A stretch of DNA of 63,206 nt, counting the filler, from Guillardia theta CCMP2712 (Eukaryota > Protista > Cryptophyta), in the NCBI RefSeq assembly GCF_000315625.1. It is 5 parts of 5 records of this genome, joined end to end, with 100 filler letters (N's around TTAATTAATTAA, not from the genome) between each part and the next. Parts side by side here need not be neighbours in the genome. Positions count along the whole stretch, not along the records: positions 18,805 to 40,654 come from NW_005434570.1; 4 more parts are not named here. One strand, written 5' to 3'. A program made the position numbers and the translations under genes. Positions 18,805 through 31,122 of the stretch are shown piece after piece. A model generated the notes under the pieces. The model was not told where the DNA came from, made no database searches, and saw nothing but the letters and a program-made list of their open reading frames with translations. How positions within the stretch are numbered: the first letter of the stretch is position 1; every line of letters begins with the position of its first letter.

Positions 18805-20786
18805 GTCGTGCCCTCTTCGCCTCCTTTTGCTCATTGGGGGGCTTTGCTCGTAGTCCTCGCCGGGGCCCCATTGGGCCACCCCCAGGCAGCAACGCAAACA
18901 AGGCTCGACGGAGAGGGAAAGGTAAAGGTAGAGAGAGAGATAGAAAGGCGGGGGGGTGGAGGGGGGGAAAGGAGTGACAGGGAGAGAGGGAAAGAGAGGG
19001 AGAGAGGGGAGAGGGGAAGAAAGAGAAGCAGCCGAAAGAAGAGCAGCAGAGAATTTTGAGCAGCGGGGAGGCTAAGCTCACCAGCTGCTCGGCAGCAGAA
19101 ACGAGCGACAGCCTGCAAATGTGTGAGGCAGTGAGAAGAGGGGAGGGGAGGGGAGGGGAGGGGAGGGGAGAGGAGAGGAGAGCACCCAAGATAAAGTAGA
19201 AGAAGAGAAAACGAGGAGCGGGAGCAGCAGGAGGAAGAGAATCAAGAGCTTGATTCACCCACTTGATGATTTCCGAGCAGAACAGTTGCTGCCTCGTGTC
19301 TTGCAGCCTTTTCCCTCGTCTCAGCACGCCACCAGCATTCTCCCTGTCCCGCTTCTTCCTCCTCTTCACCTCACCTCTTCTCCAAGATTGTTGAAGGGAA
19401 GGACGGGCTCAAGGCTTGTCTCGGAAAGAGGAGCCAGGGGAAGAGACCTGGAGCACAAATCAGGAAGTTTAAAGTCCAGAAGAAGGAGAGGAGGGGGAGG
19501 AGGGAGAGGGAGAGGAGGGAGAGGGAGAGGGAGAGGTGGAGGCAGAAGAAGGGCAGGTCACATCACCACCCAGAACGTCCGTCGATCTCCTTCTGATATT
19601 TCTCTCCTTCCTGAACAGGAATAAGACGTGAAGAGAGTGAAACATGCTTACAATACTAAAGGGAGTGGCAGGGAAGGGGAGAAAAGGGAGGGAGGGAATC
19701 AGGAGAGAATAAGCAGGAGACAGTGGGTGGAAGGAGAGCGAAGGTGAGGAGGGGAGCAGTAGATGGGCGGAGAGAGGAGAGAGGAAGGAAAGAAGCAAGT
19801 TGTTCTTACAGGGATAGACTGGCCAGGGCCATACTGAGGAGGAATATCCATCACCTGTATCATAACAGTCAGAAGAAGGTGAGAACAAACAAAAGACAAG
19901 ACAAGACAAGACAAGACAAGACAAGACAAGACAAGACAAGACAAGACAAGACAAGACAAGACAAGACAAAAACAAACAAGTCTAAGAGAAAAGACAGAAA
20001 CAGCAGACGGAGAGAACTGAGATTGATCGCAGGCAGGAAAGTGCAGCAGCAACGATCTCACATGAGTGTAGTAGTCACTCTTAGTTGCCATGTAGGTCGG
20101 CCTCTCCTCAAACGCCGCCAGCCATCTCTCTATTCCCTTCCACTTCCCGTTGCCTGTCACCCCATCACCCACCTGCTGATTGCCGCCCTAGCAAAAGACC
20201 TCTCATCTGGAATCCCTTCCAGTACAGGCAGGAGGGAATCATTCGCTCGATGTGCTGCAAGGAAGGTCAGCGAGGAGGAGGATGGAGATCAGCTCTGAAC
20301 AGCTCTTCTTACCGAGATGTACTGCAGGTCGACGATGGAAGGGTTGTCCCCTCCTAGGAACCAGGGGCCGGGCGAGCTAGTCAACGCCTCGTCCACCTGT
20401 GGAGAGAGTGAGGAGGGAGAAGAGAGGAGAGTGTAGAAAGAGTGGATGGGGGGAAGGGAGCGATGGAGGGAGAGGAGAAGAAAAGAGAGGGAGCAGAGAG
20501 AAAATGGAGGAGGGAGAAGATGGAAGTGGGTGGTGAGAACAGGGAAAGGTGACAGATAGAAATGTTTTCACCAGGTTCAGAGTTGCCTCGAAAGAAGATT
20601 TCCCAAAAGATCCTTTCGGGGTTGACAAAAGTCAGATACATCCTCCTCCTCCTCCTCCTCCTCCTTCTCCTCCTCCTCCTCCTCCTGCAAAACAAAAGAA
20701 CAAGAACAAGAACAAGAACAAGAACAAGAACAAGAACAAGAACAAGAACAAGAACAAGAACAAGAACAAGAACAAGAACAAGAACA

Positions 20787-20839
<53 letters not shown>

Positions 20840-22163
20840 AAGAACAAGAAGGGCAAGGGCAAGAGCAGGAGCAGGAGCAAAAACCACTTCATCGTATCTT
20901 ACCAGGTTGAAACACAAATCCACACCAGTCTCCGAAGAGTCTCCTTTCGAGCTGCACGAGCAGTTATAAAGAGAAACATTCATTCTTCTTCCTCTACACT
21001 TCAACAAAATCTCTTCCTTAAACCCATTGCTACGCGTGCTTCACCTCCTCCTCAATCACCACCACCACCAATATCACCACTCACACTACCACTGAAACTC
21101 CCTGCCTTCTTTCCCTTTCCCTCTCCTCCCTTCCTCGCCTTGTTCTACCTGCATCAGCGAGTTTGCTCGATCCATGAGCTTTTCGTCCGATCGGGGCAGC
21201 ATCGGGTTGCTCTCGGACAAGGAGTCAAGTACCTGTGCAGCTAGTTCATGCCCTCCCCCTCGAGCTTTACAGCTCAACCTGCATGATGTACACACTTTCA
21301 CTGATCATCTTCCCGTCTACCTCGACGACTGGCAGGAGGCCCTGGCAAGCAGCATCGTCATGGTGAGCCGACGGGTGGAGCCACACGAACGTGCACAGAC
21401 AGCAAGAGCAACAATGGCATATCCATCCGCACAAACAGAGCTCATGAGCAGAGGAGGAGATCGCAAGCAGACACAGGCGCAGGCGCAGGCACTTGTGACA
21501 TACCCGGGGATTTTTAGCAAGGAACCAGTCAGGCTTGTCACCATAGGATCGCATGTTGATGAGCTCGATCTTGTAGGGGATCTTCTTCTCTTCCAGCAGC
21601 AGCCAGACCTTTTGACAGTACGGGCACCATGCAGCACTGTCCCTGTAGAGCACAACCCTGATCTCCTTCTCGTCATGGCCGAAGAGACGGAGCTTGTTCT
21701 CACGATGCGTCGGCCCCTCTCCTCTCATCCTCTGCTGTTTCTCCTCGATCAGCCTCGCTCCTGTCGCCGTCCCCTTCACCATCTCCTCCAGCTGCGCCCA
21801 GGACGGGGCGCCCTCGACGAAAGACTGGCTGAACTTCTGTTGGGTAGCGCCCTGACCAGAGAAAGCTCCGAAGATATTCATGTTCGCGCTCCTGCCGTGG
21901 CGTGTCAGGGGGTATCGACAAGAACAAGGCTCGCACGAAGAAGACGTCTTCCTGACACGCGGGGGGAAGGTTGAGCCTTGGAGGTTCGATCTGCTCAGCT
22001 GATCACGTAGGGAAGGAAGCTTGGTTGCTGATATGAACGCAGCTGTCGCGGGTATGCAGGCAGCGCCAATGATAAGAGACCGAACGAGGGGATTTGAACG
22101 GAAGAGCAATGGCCGGGTGACTTTTCTCAGAGGTCCTCCACGAACAAAGGTCATATCATGCAA
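18805..22163 (-). CDS. Cys-type glutathione S-transferase family protein (CPYC), multi-exon, probably plastid-targeted; 3' end at or near the scaffold edge
   Basis: Exons read VVLYRDSAAWCPYCQKVWLLLEEKKIPY..; GLLPVVEVDGKMISES; LERRLFGDWC; GPWFLGGDNPSIVDLQY; RWLAAFEERPTYMATKSDYYTH; MDIPPQYG; EAATVLLGNHQ-AVARF. Hydrophobic leader ends ATAA-F, followed by a Ser/Arg-rich transit-like segment. Confidence 0.85.
19894..19968. repeat. (AGACA)n intronic microsatellite
   Basis: Direct reading. Confidence 0.95.
20640..20880. repeat. Compound intronic microsatellite (CCT)n-(AAGAAC)n-(CAGAAC)n
   Basis: Direct reading. Confidence 0.95.
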
Positions 22164-23671
22164 GGCCCTCTGTTAAAGCATGAGAGGTCAGAACCCTGGT
22201 GATACTACTCGCTGCCACAACAAATTCATGTCTCAGTCACGACAAGCCTGGTCAGCCGAAAGGTGTCTTGCTCCGATGAGACTGCACTAAGACAGCTCTC
22301 AGTCCTTTATGTCACTGCTACGGTCCTGTCAAATCTACTCCTCCTATTCTCCTGCCTCTGCCTCCGTCCCTTCGTCTGTCTCCGTGTCTCCCCTCACTCC
22401 CTCTCCTTCCTTCCGCTTCTTGCCTTGCTCTTCTTCCTACATGCCATTCCTTATGAGTACCAACGTTCAGTGACAGAGAGACTTTTACCGGGCCCGGGGG
22501 TCGCCCGGCACCAGCCGGGGACATGGAATCGGTGAGGCGGGCTGGCCAGCTGAGGAATATGTTGATGACGTCAGTGGACATCCCTTCCTCCACTTGCGCA
22601 GATGCTGCCACCTTCCCCCTCTGAGATTAGAGCTCCACTCGAGAAATGTCTGACCCTTGAGGCAGACCTCGAGTGGACCTGTTGAGCTCGATCCGGGCGT
22701 GAGCCGATGGGAGTCCCCTAGTGGACAGGGGGGTGGGGGTCATTTGAATTTTCAAATCAGGTCGAACATTCCAGTCCTACCCAAGCTACAAACACCAGAG
22801 GGGGTAGTCTACCCTACCCGGAGGGACTATCTATGTACCCACCCTTTGATCTGAAAAAATACCCAGTTTTCCTGAACCTACTACACCATGACCCACACCG
22901 ACCCACCCACCCACCAATATGGATTAGCTAGAAGAGGAGGGAGGGCCGGAACAAACAGACTCCGAACCCCGAAAGGGGGGTCCTTTATTGCGAAGTAGGG
23001 TACGTCTAACAGTATAGCCGATTGTACCCCTAAAATCCGGGAAGATATTTGAGAATGGATAAGGTAGGGTACAGTACCCTACCTGTGTGCCATGATTGCA
23101 TTTGACCTTCTTTTAATTTTATTGGGTGGGTCCAATTTGACCATCCGATTTGAGTGACAGGGTGGTGGGAAAATGCCTCCGAGGGGGTACTTTTTCCTAT
23201 GTGTGAGAGGGGTGGTGATGAGATCAGGGTTGTCAGAAAGGAACGATGGGCCGAAAATGGGCAGGAAATGAGTAGGTGGGGGTAGATGGTCCTTGGGGGT
23301 GGAGGTTTATATGGGGTAGTAGGGGTACTGCAACAAGGGTAGTACTAATTTGGGGGTAGGGTGATATTCAGGCAGGGTGTGGAGATAATTGGTGGTATGA
23401 AAGAGGGGGTAGGGGTACATCGGAATGGTTTGAAAGCGACTCCGGTTTGGATGCAAAGGGTATCAAAATATTTTGCAAACATCAATGGGAGTTTGAAATA
23501 ATAAAAAAGGTTTTAATACTTTATGTGAACTATGAACTTCACACCTGGTAGGGTCAACCACGGAAGTGGAACATTCGAAACTACGGGGTGATTGTTCAAA
23601 AGGGGTGGGGGTTAAAAAGTAAGGGGTGGGGGTGGTGGAGTCGAAGCAACACAGCGACATCCTCGGCGGCT

Positions 23672-24780
23672 ATGTCGTGGCAAGCCTACGTGGACGATCA
23701 TCTGGTGGGGACAAGGAAGGTTTCCCATGCCGCTATCATAGGCCTCAATGGCGCGATTTGGGCCTCCTCCGCGAACTTCAAGGTGAGCACACAGAGCGGA
23801 AGGATTGTGTTGTCATATCAATGGCACATGGGAGTTGAGAGTGGGCAAAAAAGGCCTTGTGCTAGTTTGAGGCGAACTAGATGAATGTAGATGTTCTTAT
23901 GTCTGAACGATGCGAGTTTGGAAGCTTGCTTTACGGAAAGAGAGCTGCTCTCTGATGTGCTAAGGATGTAAATTACCGCATTGGCAACCTCTCATGTCCC
24001 TTGAACGCTTCAGAGGGAAACTTTTTACATCGCTCTAATGCGGATTTGAACTTTCCAAGTGTGGAACTGGATGGTGCATTCATAGATGACTCTATCAATT
24101 ATTGTGTTATTATCGCTATGTACGTGTGAACCTGCAGTGATATGTCGAGAAATCTGTTGCAACGAGAAAAAAACGAGCAACTATTAGGATATCATCATAT
24201 ATTTTCCACACCCAATTGTCAGTTCTTTTAATGCGACTCATCGAACTGTCACTACGGCATGAAATTTTCAGGAAATTGAATGTGTTGATAGTCTCTGCTT
24301 GTGTAGTAGTATCTGCTGTCGGCCATAGTGCAAGTGTCGCGAATTAGACTTGTAGCGAATCCAACAGAGGTTTCATTCTCTCACCATGTTTGATGTGAAC
24401 AGATGAGCGCACAAGAAGGAGCCAGCATCGCAACTGCCATTGCAGGATCTCCCAACTCAGTGCTCGGCAGCGATGCGATGCCGGTGACTCTGCAGGGCGT
24501 CAAGTTCCTTGTGCTCCGTGCTGATGAAAGCTCAATCTACCTCCGCCATGTAGATCCGATGACCATGCTAGCCAGTTCTCTTCTGATGGATTTGCAGGGA
24601 CCTGAGGGAGCTTGCATTGCCAAAACTAACCAGTGCATTCTCATTGGGATGTACGGTAGGGATAATTGTGCCAGTTTAGAAATATTCTCTAATTCAGTTA
24701 CAGGCGAGAACCAACAAGCTGGAGATTGCAATGTTGTGGTAGAGAAACTTGCTGATTATCTGAAGGAGAATGGATATTGA
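23672..24780 (+). CDS. Profilin (4 exons; intron 1 = 23783-24402)
   Basis: MSWQAYVDDHLVGT..HAAIIGLNGAIWASS; VTLQGVKFLVLRAD; GACIAKTNQCILIGMY; QAGDCNVVVEKLADYLKENGY*. Confidence 0.95.
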
Positions 24781-24941
24781 GAACGGTATCTTTATTCATA
24801 TTAAAAGAGTTTGACACAGTAGGCCTGATTTGCCTAAAGTTGATTTGGCCCGACGGTAGTAGACAAAATGTGTTGTTTTTGGCTTTGTTTATAATATTGT
24901 TTTCGTTCATGTGACTCACGCACACGGGGAAAAATGAGCTT

Positions 24942-25550
24942 TTAGATCTTGATGCTGCTCTTCGCGCTTTTCACTTTTCTCCAATCTGGTCTCTTACCCT
25001 TGCAACACGAGAACCCAGTTGCAAGCCGTTTTCTGGCCTGATGGAAGCTCTTGTCATTCTTGAAGATCCATTCCCTGTAGTAGAACATGTCGGATTTCCC
25101 AGGATCCGTTTCTTGCGGCCCACGCATGTTAGGCTTTACGCCGATCTTTCTGAACAAATCATAGACTCCCCATGTCGGGTTCTTCAACCCTCTGCATCCC
25201 TTCCCGTTTGCCTTCTTCCAGATACCGTCCATATCCTCTTCAACCATTCCTCGGATCATTTGATTGAGCCTGAGAGGATCCGACACGAGGATTCGCTTCC
25301 ATCCCATCACGCAGTTGTCGGACTGAGCAGGCGCAGATTCCAAAGTGATCACTCCCTGAGACTTGGCGGTCCTCAGCAGATAATCCAAGTTCATGAGACG
25401 TTTCACAGAATTGCGATTGATGTCCATGGATGCGAGGGAGTCGTTGCTATCAGAATCGTTGGTAGAAGAGGAGTCCACCGAGGCATCCATTTCCATGCTT
25501 GATGAAAGGTCCATGTTCTCGTCATGACAAATGGGGCTGCAACTCGATCG

Positions 25551-25591
<41 letters not shown>

Positions 25592-25994
25592 GCGATTGCA
25601 ATGAGATATCCAAAGCAGGTGGTATGATCTCATCTACCTTGCATCTAAGTTCTTTGCAAGGAGTGCTCTTGTGTTCCACATCGAGAATTGAGGAGATGCT
25701 GGTCTTCTCACTACCCGTAGCAAGTGAGAGAAGCACGAAGCAAGCTTGTTCATCTGACATCTCAGATGAGGAGTTCTTGACCTTTATGTCCGAGATAGTT
25801 GTGTGCTTGTTGGTTTGCTTGACCTTTGTGTTGGGTTCCTTGTGCGCCTCTTGTCCATAATACGGGTAGATAGGATTGAAAGGCATGCAAGCTTGGTAAT
25901 AAGAGTGTGAATAGTAGTGAGGAGGAACAACGCATGACGCAAAAGTTGTTCCATTGCTCTCTTGTTGGCATGTAGGGTTTCGATACTGTACCAT
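24942..25994 (-). CDS. Hypothetical protein (350 aa; Ser-rich disordered N-half, basic globular C-domain)
   Basis: Intronless ATG-TAA ORF with protein-like composition; no family recognised. Confidence 0.7.
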
Positions 25995-27833
25995 CTCGGA
26001 TCAACAGGATGTCTCGGTGTAAGTAGGGTGTTGGAGCACGGGCAAGTAGAAAGTCGGTTGGAATCCAGCCAGTTGCACAAGATGAACAAGAAGATGAGGG
26101 GGAGGGAATAGAAGCTACTGGCGCAGGAAGTGAGTTGAAACACAGGGATCAATGAAGGGGAAGGAGAGGTGGACCAGGACTTGGACCAGGAGAGGTCGCG
26201 GCGGGAGGGGAAGGGAACGGGCGGGGGAGGAAGGGCACCAGAGGCGGGAAGTTCTTTGTTGGACCGGACGGAAGGGAGGGGTGGTATTGCAAGATCTTGC
26301 GTAAGGGAGGGGTACATCCTGGGAAATAGGGGTAAGAATTTTGAATAGCTAAAGACTATCATCAAAGTATTCATATTTACTATGTAAGGAGATAAGTTAA
26401 AGGGGCATACATACCTCTCCAGTCCAAACGCCCACCCCAGCCCAATGTGCTACAAAGGAGTCGTGGTTGTATTTCTTACCGACCCCTAGCTCATGTGGAC
26501 TATTGGAGGGGGTGGGGGTCCCGTACAGGGCCAATCGCCGCATGATTCGAAATTCAAATGGCCGTGCGATTTGAATCGACTCAAATCAGTTCGCTCGGAG
26601 CAGTTCAGCCTGCCAAGTGTGTGAATACCGTACCGTACGCCGGGCCCGTAGCCTACCGGCGGTCACGGCGGCCGCAGAACCGTTCGGCCCGGCCGGGAGG
26701 GTGGGTTGGGGGGGGGGGGGGGGGGGGCCGGGCCCGGCGTGCGGCACTGTAGCCGGCCGTGAGACGCTCCGTGAGACTACTGATTTCAGTACGAGGAGTA
26801 GACTGAGTCCGTTCAACTTGTTCAGAATCGGTAACCGTTGGGTCGGTCATCAATAAATAACGTCTGTAACGGATACAACCCCTCGTTGCGCAGTTACGTC
26901 GGCTTGAGATCTCAACCGAGCTCGTTTAAACCCCAATGGGGGTAGGGGTAGGAACCCGTGAATTGATGGCAAATCAGGCCTAATGACAGTGATAAGGTAG
27001 GGTGGGGTAGTATGCTGCTGGATGATACTCGAGGTCGGGTGGATGTGCTCCTGCACGGCCACTCTGAATCAGCTAAATTGTAAATAAATAGACTAATAAC
27101 AAGAAATCAGAGATGGAAAGATCATTTGAAGGACTACTGAAGTTTTGATTGGAGTCTAATTGATGAATCTTAAATGCTGGCAGGCATCGTTTGGGATGAC
27201 ATCTTCAAATAACAAACTTATCTCTTATTGAAGAAACTTCGGGTATTGCTAGGGGATCAGCGTCTTCATGGAAGGAGCAGGCGGCGTTGAAGGTAAGGAA
27301 GCAGAGGGGAAGGGAGAGGAGGATAGGAAGGACGAGGACGAGGAGGGACGAAATGCATGGCGGCAAGGACATGCCGTGGCTGGATCCGACTCAATGGTAG
27401 AGGAGGACAATCGAATTGTGACGTACAGTGCATGGACATTGAGTAACGAAAATCAGGACAGGAGGTAGGTGGGACGATGAGTTTGAAACGATCGACTTAG
27501 AGATTATCAGAGTCTGATGAGATTTTTGTAATGCTCGTTGATGTTCGTGAGAAGTCGGGCGTGTGAGATGATGTCATGCAAGTACACTGCCGACAAGAAA
27601 GTTTCTCATGAGTGCTTGTGAGCCCGCAGGGACGATAGGGAAGCTGAGCAATAGGATAACTTGAATCGAGAGCGAGTAATAGGGTGATGAAAAGAGTTTG
27701 ATACTGAAAGAGACTGCGCTGTTGCCTTGCGTCTCTGCTTGTAGAAGCCGATAGACTGCTTGCCCGACGAGGGAACTCAAGGAGTCTTTTTCAAGGTGTT
27801 TGAGTACAAGGCTGGCTAGTGCTGAAGGACGGC

Positions 27834-29785
27834 ATGGCGAGGACGCGATCAATGTCTGCGATCGCAGCCGCAGCGAACCAGGTGATGACGATGCCTTCTA
27901 TGTACGGGCTGGGCCCTCCTAACCTTGCAGTAGGAGGAGTTTCGCCCTGACGAGGCTTCGAAGGGTTTGGATGGAGGAAAGAGGTACGAGGAGGGAGGAG
28001 TAAGACGGTTCGGGCGGGGAGAATGAAACGAGTCCAGGGATCGCCCAGTGCTGACTAGGCAGCTTTCTCGCATGGAGGCAGGGCGGCAGAGCCCTCCTCC
28101 CAGCGGCTCCAACCCAGAGCTGAAACAGACCTACATAATCCTGACTTGCGTCCTGGCTCTTGTCGCGCTCATGTAAGGAAGCAAGCTGCTGTGCTGGAGG
28201 TCGAGGATTGTGCTTGTTGATATGGTGATGTAGGGCATTTATTTTCTTCACTCTGCCGCCTCTGTCGACTGTAGAGAGTAGAGATAACAAATTCATCTGG
28301 CACCCGACAAAAGGTAGGAGACGCTGCTTTGCCACGGCATCTGTTGAGCTCTCCTTGGTTCCGTCCGCTGCTCTTCTTCTGTTATCCACTCTCTTCTCTT
28401 CCTTTGTTTCCTTCTGCTTTCTTGCGTCCTCCTGACTTTCGACGCCAGCTGAGCATTTCAGACGGGACAAGGACTTGCTGTTGGCGTATCGAACACTACA
28501 CAAATGGAGGTAGGGCGATGAAGATGAAGGAACGAAGACTTATGTGCATTGCAGATTGTTATTGGGGATGTCTATGCTGTATATCTTGCTGCAGACTTTC
28601 TGCATTCCAGGCATTCTTCTTGTCCATGTCTTGGTTGACAAGGTTGACTTTTGTGAATCAGGGAGCGGAACGACGATGAACGTTCTCGCTGGATGTCTAT
28701 TCAAAGATGTCATTCCGCATGGGGAGTACTTGGTTGCCCTTCCTTATGCTCTCGGTATCCCTACCGACCTTATTATCGCGACCGGGGGGCTGAGCATGTC
28801 TTGGCAGGGTGTGCAACTGCAGGGGCAGTGCTGTGTTACCTGCTATCGCTGGCGCTGCTGAAAGATTTTGTATCCCGCAAGTACGAGATGTTTCTATCGC
28901 ATGTTGACCTCGTTCCTCATTCTTCGCTTCCTTGTACAGTTTTCCCACCCGGGTAGCGTCTCTCCGGCAGGTTCTGCAACCAGCTAACCAACTTGAGGAG
29001 TCGCTGACGAAGTGCACGCAGATGATGATGGGATCCGACAACCTATTCTTCTTAGTCTTGTAAGCAGGAGGAGGGGGTTTAGGGCTTAGGGCTTAGGGGG
29101 AGCCGACTGACGAGGAGAGCAGATCCATGAGGGTCTCCCAATGATCCCCGCATGGTTCCTCAACATTTCATTACCGCTCGTGCCGATCCCTGTATGGCAG
29201 GTGATGCAAGTTGCTGATTCCTGTCCTACCGGTCTCTTAATGCTCGCAGTTCGCCGGAGCAACTTTGATCGGAGCTCTTCCTGCCAGCCTCCTAGCAGGT
29301 AACAGCATCCACCCCCTTCCTCCCCTTCCGCCAAGGATGACAAGGGAGGTGCAGTGGAGACAGGAGCTGCGCTATCTAGGCTGGAGGCTGGAGAAGACTT
29401 GTTAAAGCCAAGTGCGAGGTAAGCCTGAAGGATCCCCCCGTCGTTTCAATCCACTCATCCTAGCCCCTTGCCTTCCTCTGGCGCCCTCTCCCCTCCCCCT
29501 TTCCTCCATCGCCGCCTTTCGTGCTCCGTTTTGCTTCATTCACTGCACTCTCCCGGCCTTGATCTTTATGTGCTGTTGGGGTCCAGCTCGAGTAATTCCG
29601 GTTTTCAGGCAGCTCTTTCTGCTCTTCCTACTCGCGCTTGTAGCAGCTGTCCCCGCCCTCTCGAGGTCTCTTGCCCGCCTGCAGTGCTATGGCCGCTCCT
29701 CTCTGACTGGTTGGCTGGCAGACGTCTGAGTGTCAAACTGATGGACTTGGACGCGCCGGACGCCGCGCTCAAAGTCTCGAGGTGA
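27834..29785 (+). CDS. TMEM41/VMP1/TVP38 (VTT/DedA-domain) membrane protein, multi-exon; start uncertain
   Basis: Exon peptides LYILLQTFCIPG-SGTTMNVLAGCLF; CATAGAVLCYLLS; MRVSPMIPAWFLNISLPLVPIPVWQ; FAGATLIGALP match the VTT consensus. Confidence 0.8.
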
Positions 29786-31122
29786 TCATCGGAGCGAATA
29801 AAATCGTGTGACCGTGTCTCGCGGGTATGGGCCCGGCCCGGCGTGTGAGTCACGGTGGCCGGGCGGCGCCGGGGCGCCGGGGCCCGGAACATGACTCTGT
29901 GACCGAATGAAAACTTGAAAACTGACAGTCACGGAGTTGGCGACCGTTGTACGCCGCCCGGGTCGCCCGGCGGGCCGGTCACGCCGGGCCCGCGGCGCCG
30001 GGGGCGGGGGGGGGCGGGGGGGCGGGGGGCGCCGCCGCGGGTGACGGCCGGGCGGTGCTGCTCCCGAGCCTCACGGCAGCCGGGCGGGCCGGGCCGCGCG
30101 CGGCGGGACGGACTCTCCGGACGGAGCCTGAGTGTCACAAGTTGCGCAGCCATCAAAGCATTTAGCTAATTAGGCATTTCAGAATACTTCTTCAACTTAA
30201 GTTTCTCCTTCAAAGGCCTCAACCTTGAAGCTTTTCATAATTTCACTTTTTTTCATGGCCACCTGCAATAGTTACTCAATATTCTGAGGATCACTTTACT
30301 ATCTTATTCGCAATACAAATTATTTATCAATATTTTTTTTCCTACAAGATAGAGGGGTTATTCACCCTGAAGTCAACAAGGATCCAAAATCAAACGTTGT
30401 GCTTTTGGATCGTTTCATTCATACACCCCCTCAACCACGTGTTCCTGATGACCTCTCTTCCACACCACCTACCCCTATTATCATGTCTCCATTTCCTCGT
30501 ACCCCAAGTACCCTGAGACCTACAGAGGTGGTTGACCACCCCTGGGCAAGTCAGGTTAAACAGCCCCAGCCGCTCTGTTGTAACATTCTTGCAAAAACAA
30601 TTGAAAAATCAGGTTCAATGTTGGAATATACAAAGAAAATTTGAGATATTTCATATTTTGGACTCGAAGACCCTGAATCTAGCTGCACTCCAAACCAGCC
30701 CCACCCATAAAAGAGTGGACCACCCTACCCTGCCTCAAGTACCACCCCAAACTTGACAACCCACCTCTTCTTTGACACAACAACCCACCCATCGAAATGT
30801 AACGTCCCACCCCCTGCTCATCACTACCCCCTGTTTGAGAGAGACACCCCTGTAAATGTACCACTACCCATGTCTTATTATCAAGACAGATGTCTGCAGA
30901 ATCGAAACGTATCAGTACCCTACAACAAATTAGACTACCCGTTATCTCCTCTATCTCGTACCCACGTATTTAGAGTCAACGAAGGTACCCCCTCAATATC
31001 CTACCCTATTTAAAGTACCCCAACCCCCGATAGACGATAGGTTGTTAACACCTCGATAGACAACCGTACCCCCTCCCAATAACCCCACCCCCAACCACAT
31101 CAAATGTTGGATCGCACTTGTT

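Noticed and set aside
29075-29100. GGGTTTAGGGCTTAGGGCTTAGGG as a telomeric insertion
   Set aside because: Three degenerate units inside a probable intron of the VTT gene; too short to interpret.
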